Source of the DNA: Antedon mediterranea
Taxonomy: Eukaryota > Animalia > Echinodermata
Assembly: GCF_964355755.1 (NCBI RefSeq)
Contig: NC_092679.1
Span: 15,979,432 to 16,043,431 of the forward strand
Direction: 5' to 3'
DNA length: 64,000 nt
Under the pieces are notes generated by a model. That model had not been told where the DNA came from. It worked only from the letters and a program-made list of their open reading frames with translations, and searched no databases. Numbering within the stretch: position 1 is the stretch's first letter; every line of letters starts with the position of its first letter. A program made the translations under genes and the position numbers. Shown piece by piece: positions 40,393-54,292 of the stretch.

Positions 40393-41393
40393 TATGGTAA
40401 TTCGTTATTTATTTAAATTTTTCACTGTTTCTGAATAATAAATCTTTTTCACAACCTATCTAGGACGTGTCAGGCCGAATGATAGTTTCCAGTGATCGGT
40501 CTGTAATTAAAAAGTCTAATGATCTTCTTGAGTACAAAATTAAACGTTCCAGATATCGTAGGGCTGCCATACTCTTAAAAGAAAGTTCCTTGCATTTGAC
40601 TGCCTTTTTCTAGTGCTATAGTTTATTTACAAAGATTAAAATAGTGTTTAGTACTATACGTACAATAAATACCATACCGTATTCATGTCCAGCAGTCTGC
40701 GGCGCTTTCGCAAGAATTATTTTGGTCAAGGGCTTATTGTAATGTGCCGTTTATGCAACTGACACACATGTGTTCAATCAGTTGTGCTAGTTATCACACA
40801 GTTGCGGATACAAATACACAAATAAATGAATGTTTATGAGTTCGATTTGAAAGATTATTGACTGTTCAATTTAACAAGGTGGAGCTGCATTAGGACATCA
40901 TCATGATTTGTTTTTATAACACCCTCTACTGTTCTAAAATAAACGCATCTTGAATTGCTGACAAAGGCTAGACGGGAGGCTAAACCAAACAGCGCCTCAA
41001 TTCTGGTTGCAGAGTACAGGTATAGACAGCAAACAATACATTACAGTAAGTCTTCCTATACTAGACTTTCAGAAAACCAGAAAGTTTCTCAAAACCAGAC
41101 ATGTTAACAGGGTCCAAAAGGTCCCAAATTCTTGTTTACTATTACAAAGACATTTTTGGAAATACATGAAATTGTATACAAATAATTAATGTTTTTAGAT
41201 TAATTACACCTGTACTATTATAAGGAAAGTACAGTTACAAAAATGAATTTAACTTAAAATACATTTTTTATTTTCAAACGTTCAATAAAAGCAGATTTGA
41301 AACACAATTTATTTCTTTATAAATAAGTAACAATATTCATTCTATTTCAGACTTACGATAACTATCGGCCATAAGAAATCTCTTATAATCTAA

Positions 41394-41768
41394 AGCTGAT
41401 TTTCCACTAGGCGAATTTGTTTGCGAGAATCCAACGTTTCGAAGAGAAAAAAATCGCCTACTCTTTTTCCACTACATTAGCGAATAGCTGCGACGTTCAT
41501 GTTCCTCGCATGGTTGCTGAGCATTTCGATTCGCATGAGTGCTCATGAAAGCGTCATAGCTCATTTCCTGAGCTCTGATTGGTTGCGCAATATTTTGCTT
41601 CGCAAAAAGTAGAAACAATTCGAACTAGTAAATTTTGCTGAAGCGAAAAATCAAAGGAAATAGAATTCGTCGAAGAAGGGAGTATGACAGACAGAAACTC
41701 GAATACGCATGCGCATAACATGACGCTTTCGATTCGCGCGAACAAATTCGCCTAGTGGAAAATAGGCT
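41394..41768. mobile_element. Harbinger-like MITE family B, copy 1 (375 bp)
   Basis: ~38-bp TIRs AGC..TTTTCCACTAGGCGAATTTGTT, TAA TSD. Confidence 0.9.
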
Positions 41769-43134
41769 TAACAATACTATTCAAGAACACTCTGTATTTA
41801 TGGCAATGTATATTATTGCATGTCAATATATTTTTAAGATGACAGACTATACTTCATCTGGTTTCCTTTAATATTAACAACAAATAACAGGGCAATGTAA
41901 AATACTTCTGCAGTGACAATAAGATCATAAATCCAATTCATCATAGTCCTATATGATTTACTTCCCAATAACATCTTAAAATATCCTATTATAGTATTCT
42001 TACAATGTAAATTGATCTGTCACCCAATTCTCTGATTTCATGCCATATTTAGTAATAATACTTTTTGTGTGTATAATACACTATATTTTAAGGTTATAAA
42101 TTCTGATCTGATATTTGATAAAGTTGTATATTAGTCTCTAAGGAGTTTGTTGTAGATTGCATTCTTAATTCTAGAATCTGTTCTGTACTTGATATAGAAC
42201 GATTTTTAGTTCGTATGACAGACCTGATTAGTACTATTGTTGCACCCATAAATCAACTGATTCTAAATGATCCTCAGTGTAATCGGTACAATATACTCTA
42301 TTCTTCCAAGAAACGTTTTTTTCTATGATAGTTATAATTCAGGTTTACGCACAACGATTTACTCGTTAAAAGCAGTGTTATTTTTCACCTTTAATTAAGA
42401 TAATAAAAACTGTCCTTGTCAATTTGATGCAAACAATGTTGTTTGATAGTTAATTCTGCAGGATAGTTTCCTCCTTAACCACAGGAATGATAATAGGCAT
42501 CAAGAGTCCTATAATGTGTGAATTTTGGGGACTTACCTGGAAAACTGAGTAATTAATCATTCCTTAACAAGTTTTTAATGGATGTCCATCTGGATTTAGG
42601 ATCTACACAGATGGACGGTGGATGGAGTTTACCCGGCAAATTTGCAAGGTATACACCGGTTCTTCGGGACTGTGTAGTGACCTTTCAGATATTTTATGAG
42701 AATTCTATGCAAATCATAATACATTCGCGTTGTCGTAAACAGCTTATTAGAAAATGTTCTGATTTTTTTATGCCAGCAGCATGTCCTGGATGCTTAACAA
42801 TTTAGTAAACACAACTTAAAAGATGTCACAAGTTATAACACCATGTATTATAGCAATTTAATATTATTTATATCTGATAATTATTAAGTAAAAAAAGTTG
42901 TAGGTTGTAAAAGTTGTTTTAAATCATTAATTCTTTTTCACATTTTTTTCAAATTATTGATGCATGACAATTTATAATAATATCGCCTATAAAAATATAA
43001 CATTTTAAAATCAATAACTACTTCTGATTAATTGGCTTATATTATAGTAGAACCTCTCTTTTAGGACATCCCTATTAAGAAAATATATTTTATATTACAC
43101 TACAGCCAACCCCTATTTAGGATGCACCCTATTA

Positions 43135-43501
43135 AGCCTATTTTCCACTAGGCGAATTTGTTCGCGCGAATCGAAAGCGTCATGCTATGCACATGCGTAT
43201 TCGCGTTTCTGTCTGTCATACTGCCTTCTTCGACGAATTCTAGTTCCTTTGATTTTTCGCTTCAGCGAAATTTACTAGGTCGAATTGTTTCTACTTTTTG
43301 CGAAGCGAAATATTGCGCAACCAATCAGAGCTCAGGAAATGACGCTTTCATGAGCACTCATGCGAATCGAAATGCTCAGCAACCACGCGAGGAACATGAA
43401 TGTCGCAGCTATTCGCTCATGAGTGGAAAGAGTGTAGGCGATTTTTTTCTCTTCGAAACGTTGGATTCGCGCGAACAAATTCGCCTAGTGGAAAATCAGC
43501 T
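43135..43501. mobile_element. Harbinger-like MITE family B, copy 2 (367 bp, inverted relative to copy 1)
   Basis: Reverse complement of 41394-41768, TTA TSD; sits inside a Tc1/pogo-like MITE (~43045-43554). Confidence 0.9.
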
Positions 43502-44021
43502 TTAAGGAGACGATTTTTTAAGTCCAGTGTCCACTCAATAGAAGCTCTACTGTAATTAATTTCTTGGTTTAATTTAATTTTACCATAGATTGTGATTATC
43601 TTTAATTTGATTACATTTTTGTCTGTACTTTACATACGATTAAATATTTTTAGAATAAACTCTTGCTTTATTTACATAATTTTCACACTTCAATTTTCTA
43701 GTAGCCATCAATTTTGTTTGTACCCTGTAGCATACGTATACGTCTAATTCTGACAACTGTTGATAATGCATAATTTTATTGTGATCTTCCCCAATCAATA
43801 AGCTAACATAAAATATTAGGACAGATGCCACTAGTGTCTATTATTGTAATCATTGTAATGTGAAATTTATTATTTCTATTTTTCTATATAGTAGTAGTAA
43901 ACGCTTATTAAAGGATATCTTCGGGATCTAAATAATTGTCGTCTTAATAAGAGGGCGTTGACTATTCTGACATAATTACATAAGTACATTTGAAAGTATT
44001 TGTGAACAAATCTCAGAGTTT

Positions 44022-44330
44022 GAGTGAGTGAGTGGCCGAGCGGTTAAGACAGTGGAACCGTAATTACGTAGCCATAACATCGGCACGGGTTCAAGGCTCA
44101 CTCACTCCATGGTTCTTGTGGGAAAACGAGTCTTCTCGGATAAGGACTATAAACCGTAGGTCCAGTGTACACATCTAGCTCGTGTGCACTTTAAAGAACC
44201 TAGTACATCTTTCGAGACGAGTAGGGGGTTACCCCGGTGTATTAGTACATCACAGCCACTGATCACCAACTGGGCCCTCTGGGAGACCAGTCTTTGACTG
44301 AAGAGGTTACCCAATATAAATATATATTTC
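44022..44330 (+). mobile_element. tRNA-headed SINE with Deu/Nin-like central domain
   Basis: A box TGGCCGAGCGG, B box GGTTCAAGGC; body GGATAAGGACTATAAACCGTAGGTCC...TTAAAGAACC...GAGTAGGGGGTTACCCCGGTGT resembles the recalled DeuSINE consensus. Confidence 0.8.
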
Positions 44331-45249
44331 AATCATATTTCATAACCTCTACATCACTAACCTGGCGTTCATACCTCTAAACCAGCATGCTAATGAGTTC
44401 ATTGGTTTATGCAACACAACTTAAAGACAGTGTTGTCGAGTGTTGTGTTATTTTAATGTTAGAGTCATCATTATTATGCAAATTACATTTCGTATAGAGA
44501 ATCACCCAACTTATATTAGGTGGCCGTGTCACGTCTGCAAATTTTTATTTATTTTTATTCATTACAAATAAATAATTTTAATTTCATAATAATTATTCCT
44601 ATATACATGAACATAAAACCTGACAGCATGGGAAACCAAACAATCTCTTTGAATTGTCTTAGATAAAATTATTCTTCTTATTAAAAAAAAAAATAGAATC
44701 AATGATAAATAATTATAAGAGTTGGAAAGACTAGTGTTAATGTTGTCAATATATCCCCTTTTTTCAAGGACATAACGTCCCTTGAGTCCTTACCTTGTGA
44801 GTAATAACAATCAACTGTGTTATTTGGTCAAATCATACTGTACAATAAACTTAAAATAGAATAGATTCCCTTTAGCTGACACGAACAAACATGCAAAATT
44901 AGATCGTATTTGAATTTAACTTTGTCACTTTCCTTCGCATAGTTGTTAGAAATCATGCTTTGTGGTTATTTGGAACGGATTAAGCGTAAACGTTGAAGCA
45001 GGATTTAGTTGTTATGTTTCTCGTAAAAACCGAAATCAATGAATTTAATTCTTAGTTTATAGTTGCTGCAGATCATGGTTGTGATTAGTTGGGTTTATCT
45101 AAAAGCATACTATTTAATTTGTAATGTTTTCTTTTTAAAAATCATTATGTGTAAAGTTAGAATTAAAATTACAATTAATATTTTTAAATGTGTGTAGGTT
45201 AGAATTGCAGTAGTAGTAGTACCATGTATTTCCATAATTTTTTTCACAG

Positions 45250-45382
45250 AAAAGTGTCCCCTGAATAGGGGTTTCCTTGTAATAGTGATGTCCCCTGAAT
45301 AGGGGTGTCCCGTTAATAGGGGTGTCCCGTTAATAGGGGTGTTCTCAGAATAGTGGTGTCCCAAAAGAGGAGTTCTACTGTA
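45250..45382. mobile_element. Tc1/pogo-like MITE end (relatives near 11889, 28087, 43045-43554, 52277-52410)
   Basis: TA-CAGTAGAAC terminus with GGTGTCCC..AATAGGG subterminal repeats. Confidence 0.6.
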
Positions 45383-47012
45383 AAGAAGAAAACTTTTAGG
45401 TATATTCAGGGAAGAGTAATTTCATCATTGAATATCATGTTAAAATTTGTTTTTCTTACTCAGAATGCCCAACAAAGGTGAATTGCTTTACTTTTATGAA
45501 TTTCCTTTCCTTTCCCAACATCCAGGATTTATATATCCTGCAAAGTAGAAAATAGACATTTCGGATATGATACACTGTTTTGAATCAAAACCTATACATT
45601 TTACTTAAACTAAATAAATGTATGCTATAAAAAAATCCGAGTTTAATTTTATACCCTTTTAAGTACTAACATTATTTATAATTCTATTTCCGTATATACA
45701 ATAATTTGTTGAGGGCATTACAGTAATTTATAGTGCTATTAGTGTGTTCAGAAAAAGCTAAAATATCTCGTTTTAATTGACCAACAAGAAATTTAATATG
45801 TAACTTTGATGTTGCATGGACATGTACGACTGGCATACAAATTTAGGAAAACATTTTTGTTTTAAATTGAAACATGTTAAGCTAATAAAATAAAGAAATA
45901 AAAAATTGAAGTATGGGTAGCCAATTGGGCCAAAATATACTAATTTCTTGATGCAAATGCAACCGAGATACCAAACATATAAATCATAGCTAAAATGTAA
46001 ATAAAATAATGCTGCAGTTGGTACCAAACAATATCATTAATGATCTGCCCCTGAAATTACAACCTCTACTCTCTTTTAATAGTCCTTTTTTATCATGTGC
46101 AGTTGGGTATGTGGGACAAGAAGTACAAGACAATGACACTAAAGCTGCATTCGCATTGTTCCGTTTAATGGAATGGAAGCCCTATATGATTTTGTAACAA
46201 ACCAAAACAAGTGTAAAATGTGGTTAAAAGTCTTCATTAAAAAGAACACATATCTGTTCAATTTGTTTGTAATGTTTCAATTTTAAAAGATACAAAATAA
46301 AGTTCAAAATAAATGATAAATACAACAATTGAAAAGGCAAAAGCAAATAAGTAAACAGCAACTAGATTAAAGTAATATTCTATTAACTAAAACTTGAAGT
46401 AGGCTCTAGCCTAAAAAAATGAGAAATATGCGAACAAACGAAAAATACTTAAAATATTGAACTGACAAAGTTTTAAAATAATTTTAAAAATTGTTATTTA
46501 ATCCAGTTCAATGTTAAGTTCATGTCAACTATAAAAATAGTACAATGTCACAAGCAATTTCTTAGAATTAAGAAACCTTTGCATATATACATGGAATTTA
46601 TACCTTTGGCGAGGATAGTTTTGTCACTTGGAGTACTTTCCTTTACCTGGCAAGTGACTTATTAATAATTAATAAATACATCAAAAACTGTCAGCATCAT
46701 GCAAATTAAAAATTAAACGTTGGCGAAATTCAATTTCTTTATTTTGTTTATGTAAAGGCTATTCTAATTCTGCTCAAGGCCCTAGCGGAAAACTCTTTCA
46801 TGATCTTCCTACGCCACTAAAGGTCATCTCATCTCATAAGTATTATCTCAGATCTCATCAGGGTGAACTAAAAACAAGTAAAATGGAAACATTCTCACAA
46901 CTGGTTATGAATTTGTTTCTGGTTGGATTGAAAGTTAACACTGTATTAAAAAGAATGTAGTTTAACTGTGAGAGCCATTCGCTTACTTCCATATCCAGTA
47001 AACCATACAAAT

Positions 47013-47675
47013 CATTCCTTCTCTTCATTGCCAACCTCAGAAGAAATTGGTCTTTTTACTCCAATCCAAGGTGCCATTCTCTGTAAATTTGTTCTAGTAT
47101 CCACTGTTCCTTTCTCATGCTCTTGTCAGTGAAAACCATTCTCTTACTCTCAAGTTCCACGTCCAGTAACCATTCAATTTCATTCCTTCTGTCCATTAAC
47201 AACCTCAGAAGCACTTCAATCCAAGATGCCATTCTCTGAAAATGTGTTGTTCTAGCATCCACTGTCCCCTTTTTATGTGGGAACCATTCTCTTACTCTCA
47301 AGCTTCATATCCAGTAACCATGCAATACCATTCCTTCTGTCCATTAACAACCTCAGAAGCACTACAATCCAAGATGCCATTCTCAGTAATTGTGTTGTTC
47401 TAGCATCCACTGTCCCATTTTTATGTGGGAACCATTCTCTTACTCTCAAGCTTCAATACCATGCAATACCATTCCTTCTGTCTATTAACAACCCCAGAAG
47501 CCGCTACAATCCAAGATGACATTCTCTGTAAATCTGTTGTTCTAGCATCCACTGTCCCCTTTTTATGTGGGAACCATTCTCTTACTCTCAAGCTTCAATA
47601 CCATGCAATACCATTCCTTCTGTCCATTAACAACCCCAGAAGCACTATAATCCAAGATGCCATTCTCTGTAAATA
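47013..47675. repeat. ~142-165-bp tandem repeat x~4.5
   Basis: cattccttctgtccattaacaac...ccaagatgccattctctg...ccattctcttactctcaag recurs. Confidence 0.9.
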
Positions 47676-48529
47676 TGTTATCTGGCTTCCTTGGACACTC
47701 TTTCATGGAAACATCAGAAACAAACTCTTTAATTCTTTATCATACAATGGCCTAACCATCTAACTTTACCACCAGTGTAGAGGTCAATAGTTCCTGGTTT
47801 AGCACTCCTAATTCGCCTTCCAACTCTTGATAGTTGCATTGGACTGCTCATGCTCTGGCGCTCCTTTTTAGCTCTGATGACCCTGGGTTTAGCCAATGAG
47901 AGCTCATGGCCATTACACCACTGGTCACCACCTGCTTCTCAAACTCTTGCAGATAATGCTATGTTTATAACACTCCATCTTACCTACTCGCTTGACTTAA
48001 TCCCACGCAAATAATATGAAATGAACAACTACAGTTGAGATTAGAGTTGAACATGTGTAGCTTAAGTCCAAATATCATCTCTGTTAATCCATTGATAACA
48101 TTAGTAAAGGGATTTGATTGTATAATCTTAGCTATTCATAGTAGCATGTGCTTCCTCTCTTTAAATATTATACTGAACTGTACGTTGTTTGAAAATATTG
48201 TCACATTGTGGTGTTTTTTTTATTGGTCTATTTTATCTGTTACATTCATGTAAAAGTTAGCCTAAACAAAATCAGAAAATATATATATAATGCATTATTC
48301 AGAAATATATACAAAGCAATTAGGTAAAGAATAATCTGCACAATTAATTTAAAGAATTCCATGAATATAAGAATAGGATATAGGAGTTTGATTTGATGAA
48401 ATTTTGTTTTGATCTAATTAATAAATATTACAATATTATAATATAAAATTGTTTACTCCAAAACCGCATTTTTAGATTGATATTTTCAACAATTGAGGTT
48501 CTTGACAACATATGCTAAAAAACTTTTTT

Positions 48530-48952
48530 CTCTAGGAGAGCAAGACAGGATTTGCAATTCCTGTATAAATGTCTTACTTCTAAGTTTGATTGTAATCTTG
48601 TTTCGTTGTTTTATTTTAATGTTCCTGTTCGTAATCTTCGTAGTAAACCCTTTCTTCATGTTAAATTTTCTCGTGTCAATGTTTGTAAAAATGGTATTTT
48701 CTGTAGACTTTCGTCTTTGTACAATTCATGTCTTTTAAAAAATAATTCTTTAGATATCTTTAACTGTAATTTCTCTCAATTTAAATGTATTATTAATGAA
48801 ATTATTTAAATAATCTTATTTACATTTTTGTATATATTTATATTGGCTTATATTTTATAGTTTAGTTATTTTATTTTCAACCTGTTATTGGTGTTTTACA
48901 CTGTTGGCTTGAAATAAAGAATAAAGAATAAAAAATAAAGAATAAAGAATAA
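48530..48952 (+). mobile_element. 5'-truncated CR1-type LINE, 3' end
   Basis: Frame SRRARQDLQFLYKC...FNVPVRNLR...LYN...DIFN...FK..I* resembles a CR1 ORF2 C-terminus; ends in an (AATAAAG)n tail. Confidence 0.7.
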
Positions 48953-51900
48953 TGAAAAAGTGAATTGTTTACAAATACGGTGGAGTTATAAGCATATTGC
49001 ATGTTTGAAAATAAAATTGTCTGTTATTCCCTGGAAACTCCCTTGATAATGTATACATACTTTGTTGAATTCATATTCAGGAATATTCTTTTAAGAGGGC
49101 ATTTTCCTGTGAAATGAACGAGGGACAATGACTACAGAAATCCCTGTTCGGGGCACAGCCCTGTTCGGAGGAATCACTTTGAATTTGGTCCTTAAGGTGT
49201 CCTGTTAATAGTAGGTAGTACTATAAACTGTACTTCATAAGAAAAGTTTGACAGTACTTTAAAAAGTTGAATTGATCTTAAATTTGATACTATTGGATTA
49301 ACCTTTTTAGAATTACAAGGTTAAGCGGATTATTGTGATATGATTTGTATAGTTAACAGGCATCCATCACTAATAGGTGCTTAGGGACCTCATATCACCA
49401 ACAGTTGTAGATTGACCCTATTATGACCTGACCCAAATAGTACTTAAGTACTAATAGGGCTAATATAAAGTAAATAATCAACAGTATGCACATTTCAAAT
49501 CTGTGATATATTGCCAATCTTGCAATTATTTAGGTTTACTCCTAACATGTTCTATATTCAACTAATTCCTTCGTGAACTTTATTTACAATAGAATCAACG
49601 TAGTATGATTAGCCGTAGGCCTATTGTCTTTGAATAGTAGCAAATGTTAACACATTTAAAACACGTGACCATGGCCAATATGCTACATGAACACGTATAT
49701 GAGATTTTATGGAGAACATTACGAGAACACGGATTACAGCATTGTCATGTTTTTGACATACCGTCAATTTGACTGGATCAATGTAATTTTAAAAAATGAA
49801 ATTGCATCTGCAAATGCTAGATTGTAATAATATGCATGTTTAAATACACAGACAGTACACAGTATATTTCTGTACCACTGTTATTTTTATATGAGCAAGA
49901 AATAAAAACAAACAACAAACATACCATAGAGATACTAAAACCTAGACTCAGTGAACTAGGCTACAGCAAAGTTTAACCAATTTTATCAAATGGCCGCCGT
50001 ATATTTTTTAATATTATTTATATTAAGTATAAAAAAATATAGCGTTATTTTGTGTTGCAGCAGTGATAACCGGTTAAATGGTGTTCTAACCATCGGTTTT
50101 TAACCATTATTTTCATGCTGCTATTTAAACGGTTATTGAAAATTTGTCCTGTTTCGGCTGCAAAAAAATTGGGGTTAATTTATTAACACGGTTATTTTTC
50201 CGCAGTAGAAACAGGATCTCACTGTTCGCTGGGAATTTCTAGTGAGCCAAGTGCTACCCTTGCCAGCTGGCTACTATTAAACAGGTCTTGTATTCAATTA
50301 TCTACATCTCACATTGAGAATATGACGATACCACATTCGTATGATCTTCATTTAAGTAGTTTTTAATAGTTAACAAAAATGCGGTCAGCCGTATTCAGTG
50401 TCACTTCAAGTGATCTGAATTTCTGACCTAATTTTATGTTTTTTATTATTGTGATTTAATATAAAGTATACTCAGTATAGTTTGTGTTTTTTTTTTTTCA
50501 ATAGTTTTATTTACACGTGTAAAAAGCATACCGTAACATAAAAAAACTTTAAATTCAACAATTTTACGATAATACAAAGTAGCCTGTCGCAAATAGATTT
50601 AAATCAGATTCAGATTCATTTACCATTAAAGCGCCTCTTTTTTATTGTTTAGAATCATCTATATTTTGCTCAAACTTCACATTGGATTGAAAGGGTGCGC
50701 CACGTTCCAAATGTGAACTTTAATTAAAGAAAGACCTGTGTTTAGATGTAGTGGGAAAGCTATATTATGAAGTCTCTGCTATGTTTTAGTTTAATTAATG
50801 TACGCTCTGTGTGGACGAATTTATCAATATCTCTCAAAATGATTGATGTTCCATTAAGAAGAATCTACCTCACTTTCTTGTAACTGTAACCAAACAGCGC
50901 CACCTTTAAGATTGATTTCAAAACTTGCTCTAGGGTCTTCATGTTAACGATGAAAAAAATCCATCTTTTTAGATTAAAGTGAAAAAGCAATGATAACTAT
51001 TAACGTTTAACATCTAGTTGTAGGAAAATAAAATAATAATATTTTAATCATACAGTCATTGTTTAATTTTGAACTTTGACTTGAACGGTTATCCAATTAT
51101 TACTAACAAGATAGATTGAGAATGTTAAAAAATTGTTGGATTCAAGAGTCACCCAGACCTCCCAACTCCCGTTAATGGCAGGAGTCTCTCAATATTTTGA
51201 GTCATCTTTCACTCTCCCGCTAAATGAAATTTCTCCTGATATTTTGGTTAACCAATAAAACCTTCCGATATGTAAGCATTTATAATTTCTACTACCACTA
51301 GATATTGATAAGAAAATAGAAAAAATACTAATATCAGTCCATATAATGTTTATAGTCCATTCATGCATTGTTTAATAAGTGAAATAATGAGTTACCAATT
51401 CATTTTTCCCCTTCGGCACACATTATACATGCAAATATTTGTAGCTTTTTGATAGTGCCTTATATAGTTTCATAAAACCTTTAGATATTAAATTTTTTCA
51501 AGTTGTCTAATTCTAGAATAGAACTCTCCTTTGGGATTTCTCTATCTAGGGGACATCTCTCTTGATTGAAACGAATGAGAGTCACATTTATTAAAGACAA
51601 TGGGCAACCCTTTACAGAGTTTTACTTTATAGAATTGTGCTGCACACTGAACAATTAGTAATCATCTTTTATTTTAACTATGAATAATAGATATTATTTA
51701 AATTTAGAATTCCTTGAAAAGTGGGCGAACATGTTTAGATTGTGCTCTTAGTTTGGATTTCCTGAATAATCTATAAGCCAATTGTTGACTTTCACCAACT
51801 TCAGATATAGTAATTGACTTTAATAAGTTATAAGATATTCATAGTATGTTTGAGTTAGATTACAATGAACGGAAATCTTGAAAGAAATGATTGTGAAAAA

Positions 51901-52495
51901 CCTGTTCAAACGTATAAATGCAATTATTATGACTTTATTAAGTACATGTATTAGGCCAAGCCCCTAGACACAATTCAGTGGGTCTGAGGAACAGTTTTGT
52001 TGCAGCCGTTTCTGAAATTTTTATCATATAGGCAGGGGTCTGTTTTTTCATTAACAGGAAGAGTTTTGTTGCAGCATTATCTAAAAGAAATTTCTATCAT
52101 ATAGGCAAGGCAAATTTTTTCATTAACAGGAACAGTTTTGTTGCAGCGTTATCTAAAAGAAATTACTATCATATAAGCAAGTTGCGGCAGAGGTTAATGG
52201 CCGCCTGTCGTATATCTTCACTTCTCATAATATTATATTGACCAATTTTTCCATTTATTTGGGATGCTTATTCGTTACAGCAGAACCCCTATTATGGGAC
52301 ACCTTAAGGACCCAACAAAGATTCCAAAGATTAAAACATATATATTGCCACTCATTCATGGAAATATAGGGGTGTCCCATGAATAGGGATGCCCCAAAGG
52401 AGGCGTTCTAATTGTACTAAAACTTTGTATTGTATTGCCTTGGCCTTTAAAACTCTCTGATTCATTTTGAAAGACTCAAACTCATTCATTCATGA

Positions 52496-52906
52496 AAGTG
52501 TCCCCTTAATAAGGAGGGGTGTCTCCTTAATAGGGAGGGGTGTCTCCTTAATAGGGAGGGGTGTCTCCTTAATAGGGAGGGATGTTCCTATAATAGGGAG
52601 GGGTGTCTCCTTAATAGGGAGGGGTGTCTCCTTAATAGGGAGGGATGTTCCTATAATAGGGAGGGATGTCTCCTTAATAGGGAGGGATGTTCCTATAATA
52701 GGGAGGGGTGTCTCCTTAATAGGGAGGGATGTTCCTATAATAGGGAGGGGTGTCTCCTTAATAGGGAGGGGTGTCTCCTTAATAGGGAGGGGTGTCTCCT
52801 TAATAGGGAGGGATGTTCCTATAATAGGGAGGGGTGTCTCCTTAATAGGGAGGGATGTTCCTATAATAGGGAGGGGTGTCTCCTTAATAAGGAGAGGTGT
52901 TTACTG
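52496..52906. repeat. 21-bp two-variant minisatellite
   Basis: ggggtgtctccttaataggga and gggatgttcctataataggga interspersed, ~19 units. Confidence 0.95.
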
Positions 52907-53937
52907 AATGGTTCTAATGTATTTATACTTTTATATTGTTTTTGTTGCCATTAAAAACATTAATCTCTCTGATTCTCTTTAAGAGACCATACCATTTTGT
53001 ATTAAAAAAGAAAAAAAAATTGTTATTGTATCAGAGATAAAATTTGACCCATGATATAAAAAAACCTTAATTACAAGATACAGCTAAACCTGTATAAGTG
53101 ATTGTACATTTCAATGTGTAATTTAACACAGTGTGTTTTAACACGTAAATTGCAGCACATCCCATTAAGTTAACAACTCACGTCTCAAATGCATTTAAAC
53201 CTTCTCCAAATGAGAAAGATTTCATTAGGAACATTTGTAAATCTCTTTCCATATATTGTAAATTATGGGTATCATTCTTACAAGATTACTAGAAGAATTA
53301 TTTTTGCAATGAATAGATTATTCAGAAATTCTAATGAAAACAATTTCTTTTTTACGAAAATAGTTTGCCACTTTCTTGTGGCCTTGCTTTCTATATCTCG
53401 TATAACACACAATGAGTGTATCCATGACGTTTCATTGGTTAATTAATTATCATATGCCATTCAGTATTAGTTCTATTGCACGTTAAAAGTTATATTTAAT
53501 TGTTCTATAAAACACAGCTGCTTTTTATAAAGGAAGAAAGAATATCATTTTCTATTTTGATCTGTTTATCTGTATCTTTCTAATCAAAACTGATTTGATG
53601 CAACACCATTGTTTTCTACTGGCATGTCAACATTATTTTGTTGTCTGTTACTATCCTGATGGACTATTTAGACATATTGAGCAGAGCATATAGTAAGAAA
53701 TCAATGTAAAAATTTTAAATTTGAGTAGACAATTAATAATAGAAAGTAACAAGACTGACACACCAGTAATGTGATAACTTGAAAGAAAGTGACAGAATTT
53801 GATGATAAGAAGACTAGAATGTGACAGATACATCCCCTTATGTATGTAATACATACAACCTGAACACAGTCTCAAGATATCAATTTGGCAAATAGTGTAA
53901 TAGATACACTAATGCAAGTCAAGTATTATTAATCATT

Positions 53938-54292
53938 AAAGAATGGATAAATTTACTCTTATATGCTGTACACTGGCATATCAAAGATTTTGAAATAGGG
54001 TAGAGTCGGGGACCTAACAATTACTTAACCTACTATAATGTCCTTTCATTTGCAGTAGCAACTTTAGAAGGCCGGCTGCCATATCCTTGAAATCATCTTT
54101 TCCATACCATAAAGAATAAATAAATTTACTCTTAAATGCGGAACACTGGCATATCCAAGATTTTGAAATAGGGGAAAAGTCGAGGGCCTAAAAATTACTT
54201 AACCTACTGTAATGTCCTCTCATTTGCAGTAGTAACTTAAGACTGGCTGCCATATCCTTGAAAGATTTTATTTTTCATCTTTTCCGTACCAT
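53938..54292. repeat. ~170-bp tandem duplication
   Basis: taaatttactctta...cactggcatatc.aagattttgaaataggg...ggctgccatatccttgaaa x2. Confidence 0.85.

Noticed and set aside
41800-42830. Possible decayed LINE coding sequence
   Set aside because: No RT or endonuclease motif could be read in any frame.
43158-43505. Paralogous ORFs at 43158 (+) and 41554 (-)
   Set aside because: Chance frames within two copies of the same MITE; no transposase motifs.
44022-44109. Functional tRNA gene
   Set aside because: No canonical anticodon/T arms or oligo-T terminator; continues into a SINE body.
46790-46865. Hammerhead-like CTGATGA...GAAA on the minus strand
   Set aside because: Extra bases before GAAA and no stem I/III closure.
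52467-52907. 146-aa (GRGVSLI)n ORF
   Set aside because: 21-bp minisatellite, non-ATG start, no gene context.
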